NCBI GenBank assembly: GCA_977018835.1
Contig: OZ361256.1
Location: 4,402,001 to 4,466,000 of the forward strand
Reading direction: 5' to 3'
Length of the DNA: 64,000 nt
DNA from: Minutocellus sp. GHC0000111
Taxonomy: Eukaryota
The notes beneath the pieces were generated by a model. That model searched no databases. It had not been told where the DNA came from and saw only the letters and a program-made list of their open reading frames with translations. A program made the translations under genes and the position numbers. The first letter of the stretch is position 1, and the number at the start of each line of letters is the position of its first letter. Positions 47,405 to 58,138 of the stretch are shown one piece after another.

Positions 47405-48763
47405 ATGTCGGATAACAACAATAACAACAACAACTCCGAGAGCGCTAGCGCGGCGAAGAAGCGCAAGGCCGATGGAACCGAACCAAGTCCCCGAGGCAAG
47501 AAACTCGCGAACGATTTGCTCTCTTCCTTGGACGACCCTGACTTGTGCGATGTTACGCTGGTCGGCTCCGATGGTGGTCGGGTGCCTGCGGTGAGGGCAT
47601 ATCTATCCGCCCGTTCCGATGTGCTGAAGCATTTGCTCGTCGGCCGTTTCAAGGAGGCCAGTGAGGAGGAGGTTCGGATGGACTATCCATCGGCGGTTAT
47701 CAAGGCCTTGGTGCACTTTTGCTGCACTGACGAGGTCCCAAAGTTGCCGGAGCTGGGGGGTGATGACGATCCAGCGGAGTCTCTTCGTTTGTCGGCGAAG
47801 CTTGTCAGCTCAGCGGATTATTATGGCCTCGACTCATTGAAGGACAAAACCAATCAAAGAATCAAGGAATTTACCAGGGCGAACAAATCCCTCAAGGGGC
47901 TGAATACTTGTGTACTACTCCAGGAGGCCTCCACATCGCCATCTTTGAAGAAATATTATGGGACCGTACTCCTAACAATCCGGCGGAACCCTGATTTTCT
48001 TCTGGTTCAAGGAGGGTCCCAGCCAGCTGGTGTTACCTTTCTAAGTTCAGATAATTTGCTCAAGATCGTCGGCGATAAAGAACTTTGTGCCTGTGCTTGG
48101 ATTTTGTTTCGAGCAATTAGAATTTGGGTTAACAGGGGAACTTATGAAGAAGAACTATCACCCGAGGACCGACGCGAATTCGCAAAGAAGTGCTGCGCCA
48201 AGCTTGAACTTCGCATGATATCACCTACTAATCTTCTTGGTCCTGTCAGTGTATCTGGACTCGTGGACCAGCCAGTCATACTTCAAACTCTCCAGAAGCA
48301 GTTGAAGGGTAATGTTATAGGCATATATGGCGCAGGAGACCCAGAGGTGAATGGTGTTTATGAGGAGGTTCCAATCAATGATTCATTTGAGCCTGTTGCA
48401 GATGCAGATCAAGGGCAGGGCTACAAAAAGCGATTCGACAAACGCGTGCAGCAAGATGGTAACGACCCATTCATGTATAGCATAATATGTGAATGGCTCC
48501 CAGACTGTCTTTATTGGATGATAGCGGAACCACCGAAAGGTGCCAGCTGCATTCTCGCTTCTGCGGACTTGCAGAAAATCATGGACGACAATTTCATTCT
48601 GTACACAGGAACGTTTGATTTGAACGAAGATGATGATCCCGTAACTCTTCTTGACGGTTCAGAAATTACATGGGAGTGCATGGAAGGTTCCAAAACACGC
48701 CGACCTACCATGATATTTGGACAACAGCTCTCGTCAAAATTACCAACAGACTTTGCCATTTGA
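47405..48763 (+). CDS. BTB/POZ (BACK-like) domain protein
   Basis: LCDVTLVGSDGGRVPAVRAYLSARSDVLKHLL...FKEA, ADYYGLDSL, LFRAIRIW. Confidence 0.85.
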   Translation: MSDNNNNNNNSESASAAKKRKADGTEPSPRGKKLANDLLSSLDDPDLCDVTLVGSDGGRVPAVRAYLSARSDVLKHLLVGRFKEASEEEVRMDYPSAVIKALVHFCCTDEVPKLPELGGDDDPAESLRLSAKLVSSADYYGLDSLKDKTNQRIKEFTRANKSLKGLNTCVLLQEASTSPSLKKYYGTVLLTIRRNPDFLLVQGGSQPAGVTFLSSDNLLKIVGDKELCACAWILFRAIRIWVNRGTYEEELSPEDRREFAKKCCAKLELRMISPTNLLGPVSVSGLVDQPVILQTLQKQLKGNVIGIYGAGDPEVNGVYEEVPINDSFEPVADADQGQGYKKRFDKRVQQDGNDPFMYSIICEWLPDCLYWMIAEPPKGASCILASADLQKIMDDNFILYTGTFDLNEDDDPVTLLDGSEITWECMEGSKTRRPTMIFGQQLSSKLPTDFAI

Positions 48764-49142
48764 ACAGATAGAGTCCACATTCCTTATAATGACATTATCT
48801 GGCATGCATATGGCGGCCTTTCTTTCCTTTGTCTTCTAAAATTAGTGTACTATCTTGATGTCCATGATCTCATAGCCACCTGTATGTGCTCACCTTTGCT
48901 GCTACCAATTTGCAAAACACTTCAGGCGTGATACAACGAAAACTATTGCAGGCAGATGATGAGACATCCCGACAGTGGTAACTCCGCTTGTCGTCGGTTC
49001 GGTGCTACTGCGATAGCAGATTCCCACCTCCAGCGCTTCCCCGGCAGCATCGGCAAGCACACTGGGCGGGCCAAAGTCATCCGAATACTCGGCACTGGAA
49101 TCCCAAAAGGCGTTCCAATAATGTCGAACACAGGTGCAAGGA

Positions 49143-49251
49143 ATCCGTAGCACTCCGCATAGGTCGAGAAAATGCTGCCAGCCGGGGGATCGAGGATCCC
49201 TAGCACTCCACATAGGTCGAGCTCATGCTGCCAGCCGGGAGATCGAGGATG
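49143..49251. repeat. Imperfect tandem duplication of about 53 bp
   Basis: TAGCACTCC(G/A)CATAGGTCGAG...ATGCTGCCAGCCGGG(G/A)GATCGAGGAT occurs twice. Confidence 0.8.
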
Positions 49252-49514
49252 TCGTCCGCCGTGCAGAAGAAGTGCGCGGCCTTGATGAATTCAACGTAGT
49301 GCTCGTTGACGGGGCACAGGAAGGCAGAGACGTTCCTCCGCGCTCGACCGAGGGCTTTTCGATCGCGCCGGCCTTGTCGCACCCTCGCACACGTTCGCAA
49401 TCGAATCAGGATCGGCCGCAACCATGAGGACCGCATGGCGGGATGCACCACTGGCACTGCCATTGTCCGCCACTGAATCATTATTATCCATTCTACCACC
49501 AAACATCAACCAAT

Positions 49515-51007
49515 ATGAACGAAGAATCCGATGCGCACTTTGGTCATGACGCCGAGTCAGACTGGTACGTGATCATCAACGCCATGGGCGCCACGCTATG
49601 CGTTGCCTTTGTAGCGCTGATATCCTGCGTGTTCCTGGGGTTTCTAACGCTCGACGAGCTGGACTTGCAAATCAAGACCCGTGCCGCCATCGATCTCAAC
49701 GAACGAGTATATGCGGCCGCATTGCTGCCGATTGTACGGCAGCATCATCGTCTTCTGGTGACGCTTCTACTCCTTAATGCAATAGCCTACGAGGCCCTGC
49801 CATTGTTCCTTGATAACTTGTCCCCAGTTGGGCGGCGATTCTACTTTCCGTTACCTTTTTGCTGATCTTTGGAGAAGTCATTCCAAGCGCTATTTTCACG
49901 GGTCCCGACCAGCTACGCTTGGCTTCTCATTTGGTGCCCCTCATCAGAGCAAGTTTGTTTCTTCTTTGGCCCATCGCCACTCCAATTGTCAAATTGTTGG
50001 ATTATCTGGTACCGCACGACGAAGAAGATGACTTGTATCACAGAGGGGAACTATCGGCACTCATCAAGATACAGCACGAAGAAAGAGAGGCCAAGAAGGC
50101 CCGAGAGAACAGACATTTGGGCATACCAAAGAGAAACATTAACTCGGATTCCAGATCTTGGAGAGCCTTCAAGAAGGAGATTATGGAGGCCGTTCAAGAA
50201 AAACAGCGATCGAGATCGAATTCATTTGCCGATGATACGGACATGACCGAGAAGATGGAGCCGCCGCCACTTGATACAACCGAGGTAAAAGTCGTGGAAG
50301 GTGCGCTATCCATGAAGACAAAGGTTGCAATGGACGTTTACACCTCACTGCACAATATATATTCGATTCCATCGGATATGGTACTGAACAAGGCCAGTAT
50401 TACCAAGATTTATGGGCAGGGATACAGCCGTGTGCCTGTGTATGCAACGGATCCAGACTATCCAGAATCAAAGAGCGGTATGATTGGGATATTGCTCAGC
50501 CGAGCTCTCATCGTTATTGACTGGGATCACGAGCGCGAGGTCAATTCTCTGCCGCTACAAATCCCACCCTGCGTGTCACCGAGGATGAATTTGGTCGAAC
50601 TACTCAAGCTATTGCAGGGTGGGCAGTATGGGGGCAGCATGATGGCATTTGTGTGCGCTCGACCAGATCTAGCAAGAAAGGCACTGGCTAGTGGAAAGCC
50701 GATCCCTGGGAAAGCTGGATTCATGGGTCTAATCACTCTGGAAGATGTGTTGGAAAACATACTGCAGACTACAATTATCGACGAAGAGGACCAGACCGAT
50801 CGCAATTTGGCCAGCGCCACGTTGACCCACTGGGCAGTTCAAAAGATTCAGGAAAGTTATCGACGCAGAAAAAAGGCAAGGGAACAGAGAAAGTCGTTAT
50901 CGCCGAATAAAAAGGTCACCCCAAACCAAGATCAGAACGCAGTCACTGAGGAGACTTCTCTTCTGGAGAACGGCCAGTTGGACAATGGACGATACTCTTC
51001 CGCATGA
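49515..51007 (+). CDS. CNNM/DUF21-CBS metal (Mg2+) transporter-like protein; frameshift near 49820
   Basis: LLPIVRQHHRLLVTLLLLNA..EALPLFLD, IFGEVIPSAI, GYSRVPVY, GLITLEDVLE. One extra G at 49820 restores DNLVPSWAAILLSV. Confidence 0.9.
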
Positions 51008-51208
51008 GAGACAGATGCAGATTTTAAATACAAAAAGAAGATTATTCATTTATTGTAGGTTTCAATTCTGAGCAATACTTGCCCATCGCATTCCTTGTCA
51101 TATGGATCGCCTACTTTGAATCTCGTCACATTTTCTTCAAGCGAGAAGTAATATAAAGATTTCTACTCCATGTAGTAGGACCGGAAGGTGAACGAATGAA
51201 CATGGTGT

Positions 51209-52107
51209 TCATTTCTCTTGAGTGATATATTTTCGGCGACCCTGCATACCGAACCTATCCCTATCTTCCATCTTGTTCACTGCGGAAACGACACATACTT
51301 CAGGGCAGACTTCCTTGGAAATCGCCACAACGACAACAGAAAGGTCCTCCATGACATTTTCTAGAGCCGTTCTAAAGTCCGTCAAACCTTCCAAATTCTC
51401 GACCAAGTCTTTCATTGCCGGCCAGCTCGATAGATCCAAATCTTTGAAGAAAAAATATCTGTTTTTGAAATGAGCTGAAGAGGATTTGGCGGTGCAAAAT
51501 CCCTGCGCCAGAAGAGTCCCTCTGCTCTTCTCCACGCATCGACAAAAAAGTTCGTCATTCTGTTGTGGGTTCTGATCCGTCCCTTCGACATCTGCTCCTA
51601 AACTTTTCGTGTCGGTATCTAAAATATATTTGCTCCCGGGGAATTGGCATCTTCATGGCAATTGTGATCGTAATTGTGATCTTCGGCAATCTTTGTCTCA
51701 ATTTCCTTGCATGCAGTTGCAGCCATGTGGTGCCGAACGACTCGTAACCGAGGAGATTCGGCCTTGGATTTGCCCTTGGCCGGAATCTGGGCATCCAACG
51801 TTTCCCAGCGTGGAATGGCTAACTGTCGGAACTGCCTGCAAACTCCCTCGAACCTTGCAAGTGAAGCAACATCAAAATAGCGCAATAAATGTGACAGAGA
51901 ATCCGGACCAAGGATCAAGAGGGAGCCGGCATCGACGGGTGTTCCGTCGGATGCGGGAGGTGGCTTGGTCGGTTTCCGTTCGTCGTTTGATACCTGCCGC
52001 CGCCGGGGAGCTGCTGCTACTCGTGCCGATGCCGATGCCGCCCGGTGCTCGTCCTCATTGGCACCGATGCCATTGGCCTCGGCAATGGAGCGCTTGGTAG
52101 AGGGCAT
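51209..52107 (-). CDS. F-box-like protein; frameshift near 51650
   Basis: LLILGPDSLSHLLRYFDVASLARFEGVCRQFR is F-box-like. The frame continues into ORF 51209..51535 after a 1-nt shift. Confidence 0.55.
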
Positions 52108-52649
52108 AAATAGCAGCAGTCAGAAACGAGGGTTGGATGGTTGCAGAGTGCACGAAGGCAAAACGGCTGGTGACTCTTTGCATCTTCCTGTGGCCCTTGC
52201 TTTTACGCTTGCTGAGCAGCATCGTCGTCAGGGAGACACCCACAATTGTTGGTTTGCCCCTGTATTCTTGACCGCCACCTCGCCTCGACCTGCCTTTCGA
52301 CCATTTTTCGGCGAAGCGCGAGCGAACAAAGCGTGTATCGGCCCCGTCGGCTCGGCACGTTACCGCTCTCGCTCCGTTGCTTGTCCCCTCCTGCCTTACC
52401 ACATCCAAGATTTCAGTCTCGGATAGTCTCTAGGTATCCCTGCGCAAGCTTACTGGTGATTTTTGTGCCGGTATCTTGCCATACCAAATTTGCAGCGCAT
52501 CTTGTGTCGGAACGCTGTCTGCAGGTCTTGCGTTGGCAAATTTTGGCCTCAGCGCTCCGTCATTGTTCAGTCCTTTCTCGTCGAGCTTTCAGTTCACGAC
52601 CACTCCATTCGTTCAACTTGCCCAATAAATAACCAGCCAACCAATTGCA

Positions 52650-55260
52650 ATGGACCGCAACGCCCTGGCCCGCGCGACCGAGGCCACCTCGGCCCCCACC
52701 CCGGGATACCTCTACGTGGACATCTCCAAGAACGCCGCCGCCTCCCCCCAAACGGCCGTGGAAATCTGCAAATACCTGACCCGCCGCCTCGCCACCAAGT
52801 CCAACCCCAACGTCAAGCACAAGTGCCTCAAGGTCCTGACCAAGGTGGCGACCAACCCCAGCAACAGGGGGGTGTTCAAGCGCGCGGTCGTCCAGGATCA
52901 CGAGGCCGTGGCGGCCATCAAGGCGTGTCTGAACTTTCGAGGACCGCCCGACGCGGCACGGGGCGATCAGCCCTACGAGCAGGTGCGGCAGGCGGCCAAG
53001 GAGTGTTTGGATGCGGTGTATAGCGATACGCCGAGCAGCACGGCAGGCGGTGGGGGTGGCTTGGGCGGCGGGGGAAGCATGCAGGGCATCGGAGGCGGCG
53101 GCATGGGCGGCTCGTACGGCCAGCCCGTCGCGGGCGGTGCTGCCGGAGGCGGAGGAGGAGGGTACGGCGCCCCGTCGGCGGGAGGGTCGAGCATGGGCCC
53201 GCCCGGTTCGGCTCCGCCAGGGGCGCATCCGCACGCCACCCGCCGGATGGAGGGGATTGGCAGCCATCAGTTTGGAGGTGGCGGTGGTGGACCGCCGGGG
53301 GGTGGTGTCGGAGGTGCCGGCGGTGTGACCGGGCAGCAGATCAAGAGCATGGTCGCGGCCGAGGGCTTCAAGGGCATCATTAACGATCCTCTTGCCAGGA
53401 ATGTTCACGGTGCTGCTGCCGGTGGATCTGCTGGTGGTGGTAGCTACGGTGGGCCGGTGAGTCTATTTTGATTGTATGGATGTTTGCTGATTGATTCATT
53501 CGTTCTGTGTTTGTTCAACTTTATTATTGACCTCGATGCAAAGCTCACCCACCCTTTATCTGTTATGCTATATATTTGATATGCAGCAAAATTATGGCAA
53601 CCCCCCGGGACGGTCGGAGCTGACGGCCGCCACCAACGGGCAGTGGACCATGGCCTCCAACCGCGGACCGAACGCCGTCGGGGCCGCGCCGCAGTTTGCC
53701 CACTCGGCTGGTGCCTCGGGTGCTGGTGCTGGTTCTGGTTCGACCAGTGGAATTGCCGCCGCCAACCGTGGCGTCGGTGGGAGCTGGGGTGCCGGTGGCG
53801 CCGCACCCTCGGCGTCCGGTATGGGTCTTGGCGGCGGTGCAGCTGTGGGTGGTGGAATGGCCACAGCGGCCGCACCGGTCGCTCCATCACCCGCCATGGG
53901 CACCGGTACCGCCGGGGCCAGCGCGTCGGATGGATCCTACGAGCGCAACCTCGTGATGGAACTGTGTCCTCCAGGCGGTATGAAGGCCGAGCCACCCCTG
54001 GAGAAGCTGGTGGCATTCCTTCGGGCCATCCCCTCGTTGGATGCCGACTTGGTCTGTCCCGTCCTGCTGGACTGCCTCGAGGACGGTCAGCCCTGGATCA
54101 TCAAGGCCAAGGCTCTGTGCGTCATTGAGAAGACCATTGTGACGGCCGAGGAGCAGAGACTGGACGCCTACAGCGCCTTTTTCCATGCCTGCGCCGAGGA
54201 GATCCAGCCCCTGGCGGTGCACAACCGATCGGCCATCCACAATCCCGCGAGGAGAGTACTGAAGGCTTTGGGTTTGGATGCCGCCTACGGCACGGCCGGT
54301 GGAGCGGCACCGCCGGTTCGGGCCCAGAAGGCTGCCGCCGCTGCCCCCGTGGTTGCTGAGGCTCCGAATCTGCTGGACTTTGACGAGCCCGCTGCTGCAG
54401 CTGCTCCTGCTCCGGCCAGCGCAGCTCCTGTTCCCGATATGCTTGGAGGCGATGTGCCAGCGGCGGCTGCGGCTCCGGCTGCACCCGCACCTGCACCAGC
54501 TGCCGGGGGAGATATGTTTGGTGGTCTGACGACCAAGGATAAGGCTGTGCCGGCCCCAGCAGCCGTTGCATCGGCTCCCGCTGTTGCCAACGGAGGCGGA
54601 GATTTGTTTGGAGATATGCAGGTGAAGCCCAGTACTTCTACAGAGACTCCGGTGGAAAATGGAACCGCTGCTCCAGCATCGGGAGGTTCCGCATTTGGAT
54701 TTATGAATGCCACAGCCAACGGCAGTGCCCCAGCTCCGGCACCGGAAGCACCTACCGCCGCTGCTACCCCAGCACCTCCGGCTCCCGCTCCTGCAGCCCC
54801 AGCAGCTGCTGCGCCGAAGCCAGGCGATGCTGGCTTTGATCCGTTGTTGAGTCTTTCGGCACCCACGGAACCCACTGCGGAAGAAAAGGTGGCGAAAACG
54901 CAGGCTCAGATCGCTCAGATGCAGGCCATGCAATACCAGCAGCAAATGATGATGATGCAACAGCAGATGGCTCAAATGCAGATGGCCATGGCCGGTGGCG
55001 GTGTTCCGCAGTCTCCTCGGCCGGCCACCCACTCCGCGGCAGGAGCCAGCGCTGGCGTGAATGCCAATGTCATGTCAGCTCACAGTTCGACTGCTACAAC
55101 TGGCTTTTCTTTCCTTGATAATGCATCGGGTGCTGCCCAGGAGGCACAAAAGAAGAAAAATGCCGCCTTTGACTTTGTTATGGATGATATGAAGAAGGGT
55201 CAGAGAGAATGGTTGCGCTTCATGTTTGATCTTGCTAACTCTTGCCTTGAATCCATCTGA
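52650..55260 (+). CDS. TEPSIN: Tepsin-like ENTH/VHS-domain AP-4 accessory protein
   Basis: LARATEATSAPTPGY, NPNVKHKCLKVL, FRGPPDAARGD..YEQVR.AAKE, MEGIGS, and a second domain LCPPGGMKAEP...W..KAKALCVIE. Phase-0 intron 53457..53586. Confidence 0.85.
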
Positions 55261-55611
55261 ATGGGGGACCCTAGGCTCCTGCCCTCATGAGACCCATACT
55301 TTATCTGCAAAGTTCCTAATAGACTTGAAAACCTACTTAGTTTTGCTTTTGGTAATCTATTGCTTTTTCCCGCTTTTTCTCCTTTGCTGACTTGACCATG
55401 GGGGATAGCGTGGTCGACGGACGGACGATTTTCACTGCTCGTTCTGCGCGCCTGACTGTCGCTGGCTGACTCATTCGCCGTGCCTTCTGCCGGGGCTCGT
55501 CCGGCCATTGAGGTCGAGTCTACTACTAGTAGGACCTAGCTAGACTGTATTGCGAACGCGTTGTTGCTTGTGCTCTCTCGCTTTTGTCCAGGTCTTTCCA
55601 GCATTTTGGTT

Positions 55612-56781
55612 ATGTCAATGCGTTTCGCCTTTCTCGCATCTTTGGCTTTTGCTGCCAGCTTGTCGTTGGCACTGGCAAAGAGTGAAGATGCCCCCGGCAC
55701 ATCCTTGTCCTCACGCATCCGTGGTGCCTACTTTGGTGCCCTCGTTTCCGACGCCCTCTGCCTCGGGTCGCACTATGAATACGATGCTCCCAAGATCAAG
55801 GAGGCATATGGCGGCAAATCCATCGAAAAATACATGGCACCGGGCGAGCAGATGGGAGGTCAAACGCATGGCGTTGGCTGGGGCGCTCGCAACTACCATC
55901 CTGGAACTGTGGCCGGCGACCAGACAGACTATGGAGAGTACAATGTGTTAATTCTGGAGCATCTAGCAGCCACTGTAGATAACCCCCATATGTTCGATGT
56001 GAGTGAGTTTATTCCCCTCTGGAAGGAACGTCTAACATCTGGTTGGAAGCAGTGGATCTGTACACAAACCAAACAGACTTATCAGCAAATAGCGCAGGGA
56101 GCTTCAACAGATGAGCTCGGGGGAAATTCCAATGCAATGGCACTGCGATACGCATCGGTATTTGCCTACTATGATACAGAGGAAGAGGTTGTAGAGGGTG
56201 CCAGGAAGACAATGTTTACGCATCGCGAGCGCACCGCGCATTTGGGCTGCGAGTTCTTTGCCAGGGTGACTTTTCGCATAATCCACAGTGGAATTTCTCC
56301 GTTGGAAGCCATAAAGGAAGTTGCTGCAAAGAGCGATCCCTGGATTCAGAGTAAGGTCAAGCAAGCGCTGGACAAAGTAGACGAGGCCACCAGCGATGAG
56401 AATCCATTATCAAAGGAAGAGTTTGTTGACGACCTGGCGCTTACCAGCATGGCCCGGCTGTGGGATGTCGGCAAAACAGAACCAATCAAGGTCGGGAAAG
56501 CCTCGCCCACTGAAGGAACGTTGCCAGGGAGCAAATACTTTATTGTAAAGTATCAAGATGACTTTATGGGGGCTATAAAAGCCAATGCAATGGTCGGCGG
56601 AGACAATGCATCCCGAGCAATCGCGATTGGAATGGTACTTGGTGCCAGTGTTGGTGTCGACGCAATTCCCCCAGCTTTCAAGGCCGGTCTCAACCAGTGG
56701 GAGCATAGCGAAGAACTTTTATCAAAATTGCCCTTGCTCCAAGGTGATCATATTGAGAATAAGTCGGAAGGCGAATTGTAA
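55612..56781 (+). CDS. ADP-ribosylglycohydrolase (DraG/ARH/crystallin J1 family) with signal peptide
   Basis: IRGAYFGALVSDAL, GDQTDYGE, ANAMVGGDNASRAIAIGMVLGA. N-terminus MRFAFLASLAFAASLSLALA; C-terminus ..EGEL. Confidence 0.85.
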   Translation: MSMRFAFLASLAFAASLSLALAKSEDAPGTSLSSRIRGAYFGALVSDALCLGSHYEYDAPKIKEAYGGKSIEKYMAPGEQMGGQTHGVGWGARNYHPGTVAGDQTDYGEYNVLILEHLAATVDNPHMFDVSEFIPLWKERLTSGWKQWICTQTKQTYQQIAQGASTDELGGNSNAMALRYASVFAYYDTEEEVVEGARKTMFTHRERTAHLGCEFFARVTFRIIHSGISPLEAIKEVAAKSDPWIQSKVKQALDKVDEATSDENPLSKEEFVDDLALTSMARLWDVGKTEPIKVGKASPTEGTLPGSKYFIVKYQDDFMGAIKANAMVGGDNASRAIAIGMVLGASVGVDAIPPAFKAGLNQWEHSEELLSKLPLLQGDHIENKSEGEL

Positions 56782-56825
56782 TTCTAAAGGCCCAACTGTG
56801 ATACTGTACGATTATCTTTCTAATT

Positions 56826-57782
56826 TTACAGCCCAAAAGCTGCCCACTTATCCTTTTGAAAGAAACCAGAGTAGTTGCATAGTAACTCGTCGCCTTTCTT
56901 CACATCTTTCACAGCAAACGTTCGCCAATCCGAATTGTCTGGATACAAGGCAGCAGCCTCTTCATCCCAATCCATATTTCTTTTCTTTCCACCGTCATTA
57001 CAAAATGAGCACTCATCAAGATCTAACATGATTTTGAGGGAAGACTCGTAATCCTCCTCGTCATCCTCGTCTTCATCCTCGCTGTCAACATAGTCTTCTT
57101 CCTCTTCCTCGTCATTAATATTTTCACTCTCTCCATCTGTTTCGCTGCCGTATGATACGTAAGCCCACATCATAACGTCGCATGCCAAATCGGCTGGAAT
57201 TGTCAAAAGAAAGTTGCGGTATGATTCCGCATCCTCGAATTCAGCTGTTCGTGATGCCGTCCAAATCAAGCTTCCCTTTGGAATATCCCTTGAGGCAAAT
57301 AGTCCACGTCCTCTCCCAGGACTTTGATCGACATAGTAGGGCACTGCGAAACCATTGAATGCTCGATTCGGAGGACCAATTGTAGATTTTTCTGCCCCAA
57401 CAATGTCGTGATAAGTCTGACGAAGATATTGCCAGGTCTTTTGATCATGTATCGGCCTCTCGTCGCTGGTGCACCCAAAGTAAATCTTCAGCTGAGACAG
57501 AGTACATTCTGCCTCTTCCGCTGAGCAATCGAGGTCGCCTTTGTTGTTGCCGGTGATGTCTTCCCGATTGTGTGTGAAGTTGCTTGTTCTACTTTCTTCA
57601 CTTCTCATCGCCTGATTATGTCGATCTTGTAAACGTCTATGTAGAAAATTGTCATACATGTGAGTGCTGTACTCTCGTTCGATAGATTTTGCATCAACCC
57701 TTTCTTTGCCAGTGCCATTTGCAAAAGAAATGGACGCGGCTGAGAGAAGGAAAACAGCAGCTGGACAAAGACATCGAAGCAT
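56826..57782 (-). CDS. Signal-peptide-bearing SET-domain methyltransferase
   Basis: MLRCLCPAAVFLLSAASISFA, GRGRGLFASRDIPKGSLIW, CNDG..N, FAVKDVKKGDELLCNY. Confidence 0.82.
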   Translation of the reverse strand: MLRCLCPAAVFLLSAASISFANGTGKERVDAKSIEREYSTHMYDNFLHRRLQDRHNQAMRSEESRTSNFTHNREDITGNNKGDLDCSAEEAECTLSQLKIYFGCTSDERPIHDQKTWQYLRQTYHDIVGAEKSTIGPPNRAFNGFAVPYYVDQSPGRGRGLFASRDIPKGSLIWTASRTAEFEDAESYRNFLLTIPADLACDVMMWAYVSYGSETDGESENINDEEEEEDYVDSEDEDEDDEEDYESSLKIMLDLDECSFCNDGGKKRNMDWDEEAAALYPDNSDWRTFAVKDVKKGDELLCNYSGFFQKDKWAAFGL

Positions 57783-58138
57783 GTTGAATTTCTCGGCAGA
57801 TATCACAAGCAATTGTAGGATCCCTACTCTAGACTAGTAGGCAATTGTTTTGATGATTTGTATCGACAGTCGGGCAGGGATTCTCAAAGAAACTTCTGCT
57901 CGGCCTGTTGCTGGTACTAAAGCTCACAGATCGAACAAAAGAAGCCTCTACTAGATTCTGCTCAGCACAATCATTGTAGTTGAATTCGTTGCGATTCAGC
58001 GATGCCCGGTTGGATACGCTACTTTCGTCCCAACGTACGCCAAGTAGCGAGAAAGGACATGGCTGATTTTTGAAGATTTTAGAATTTTTGTCGAGAAACT
58101 CCCATACTTTTTTGTGAGTACGTAAAAGTTCTCGTATC

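Noticed and set aside
48902..49502. Short minus-strand ORFs between the BTB and CNNM genes
   Set aside because: Fragmented by a 53-bp duplication and a stop, with no recognisable family. They may be a gene remnant, but I cannot support a call.
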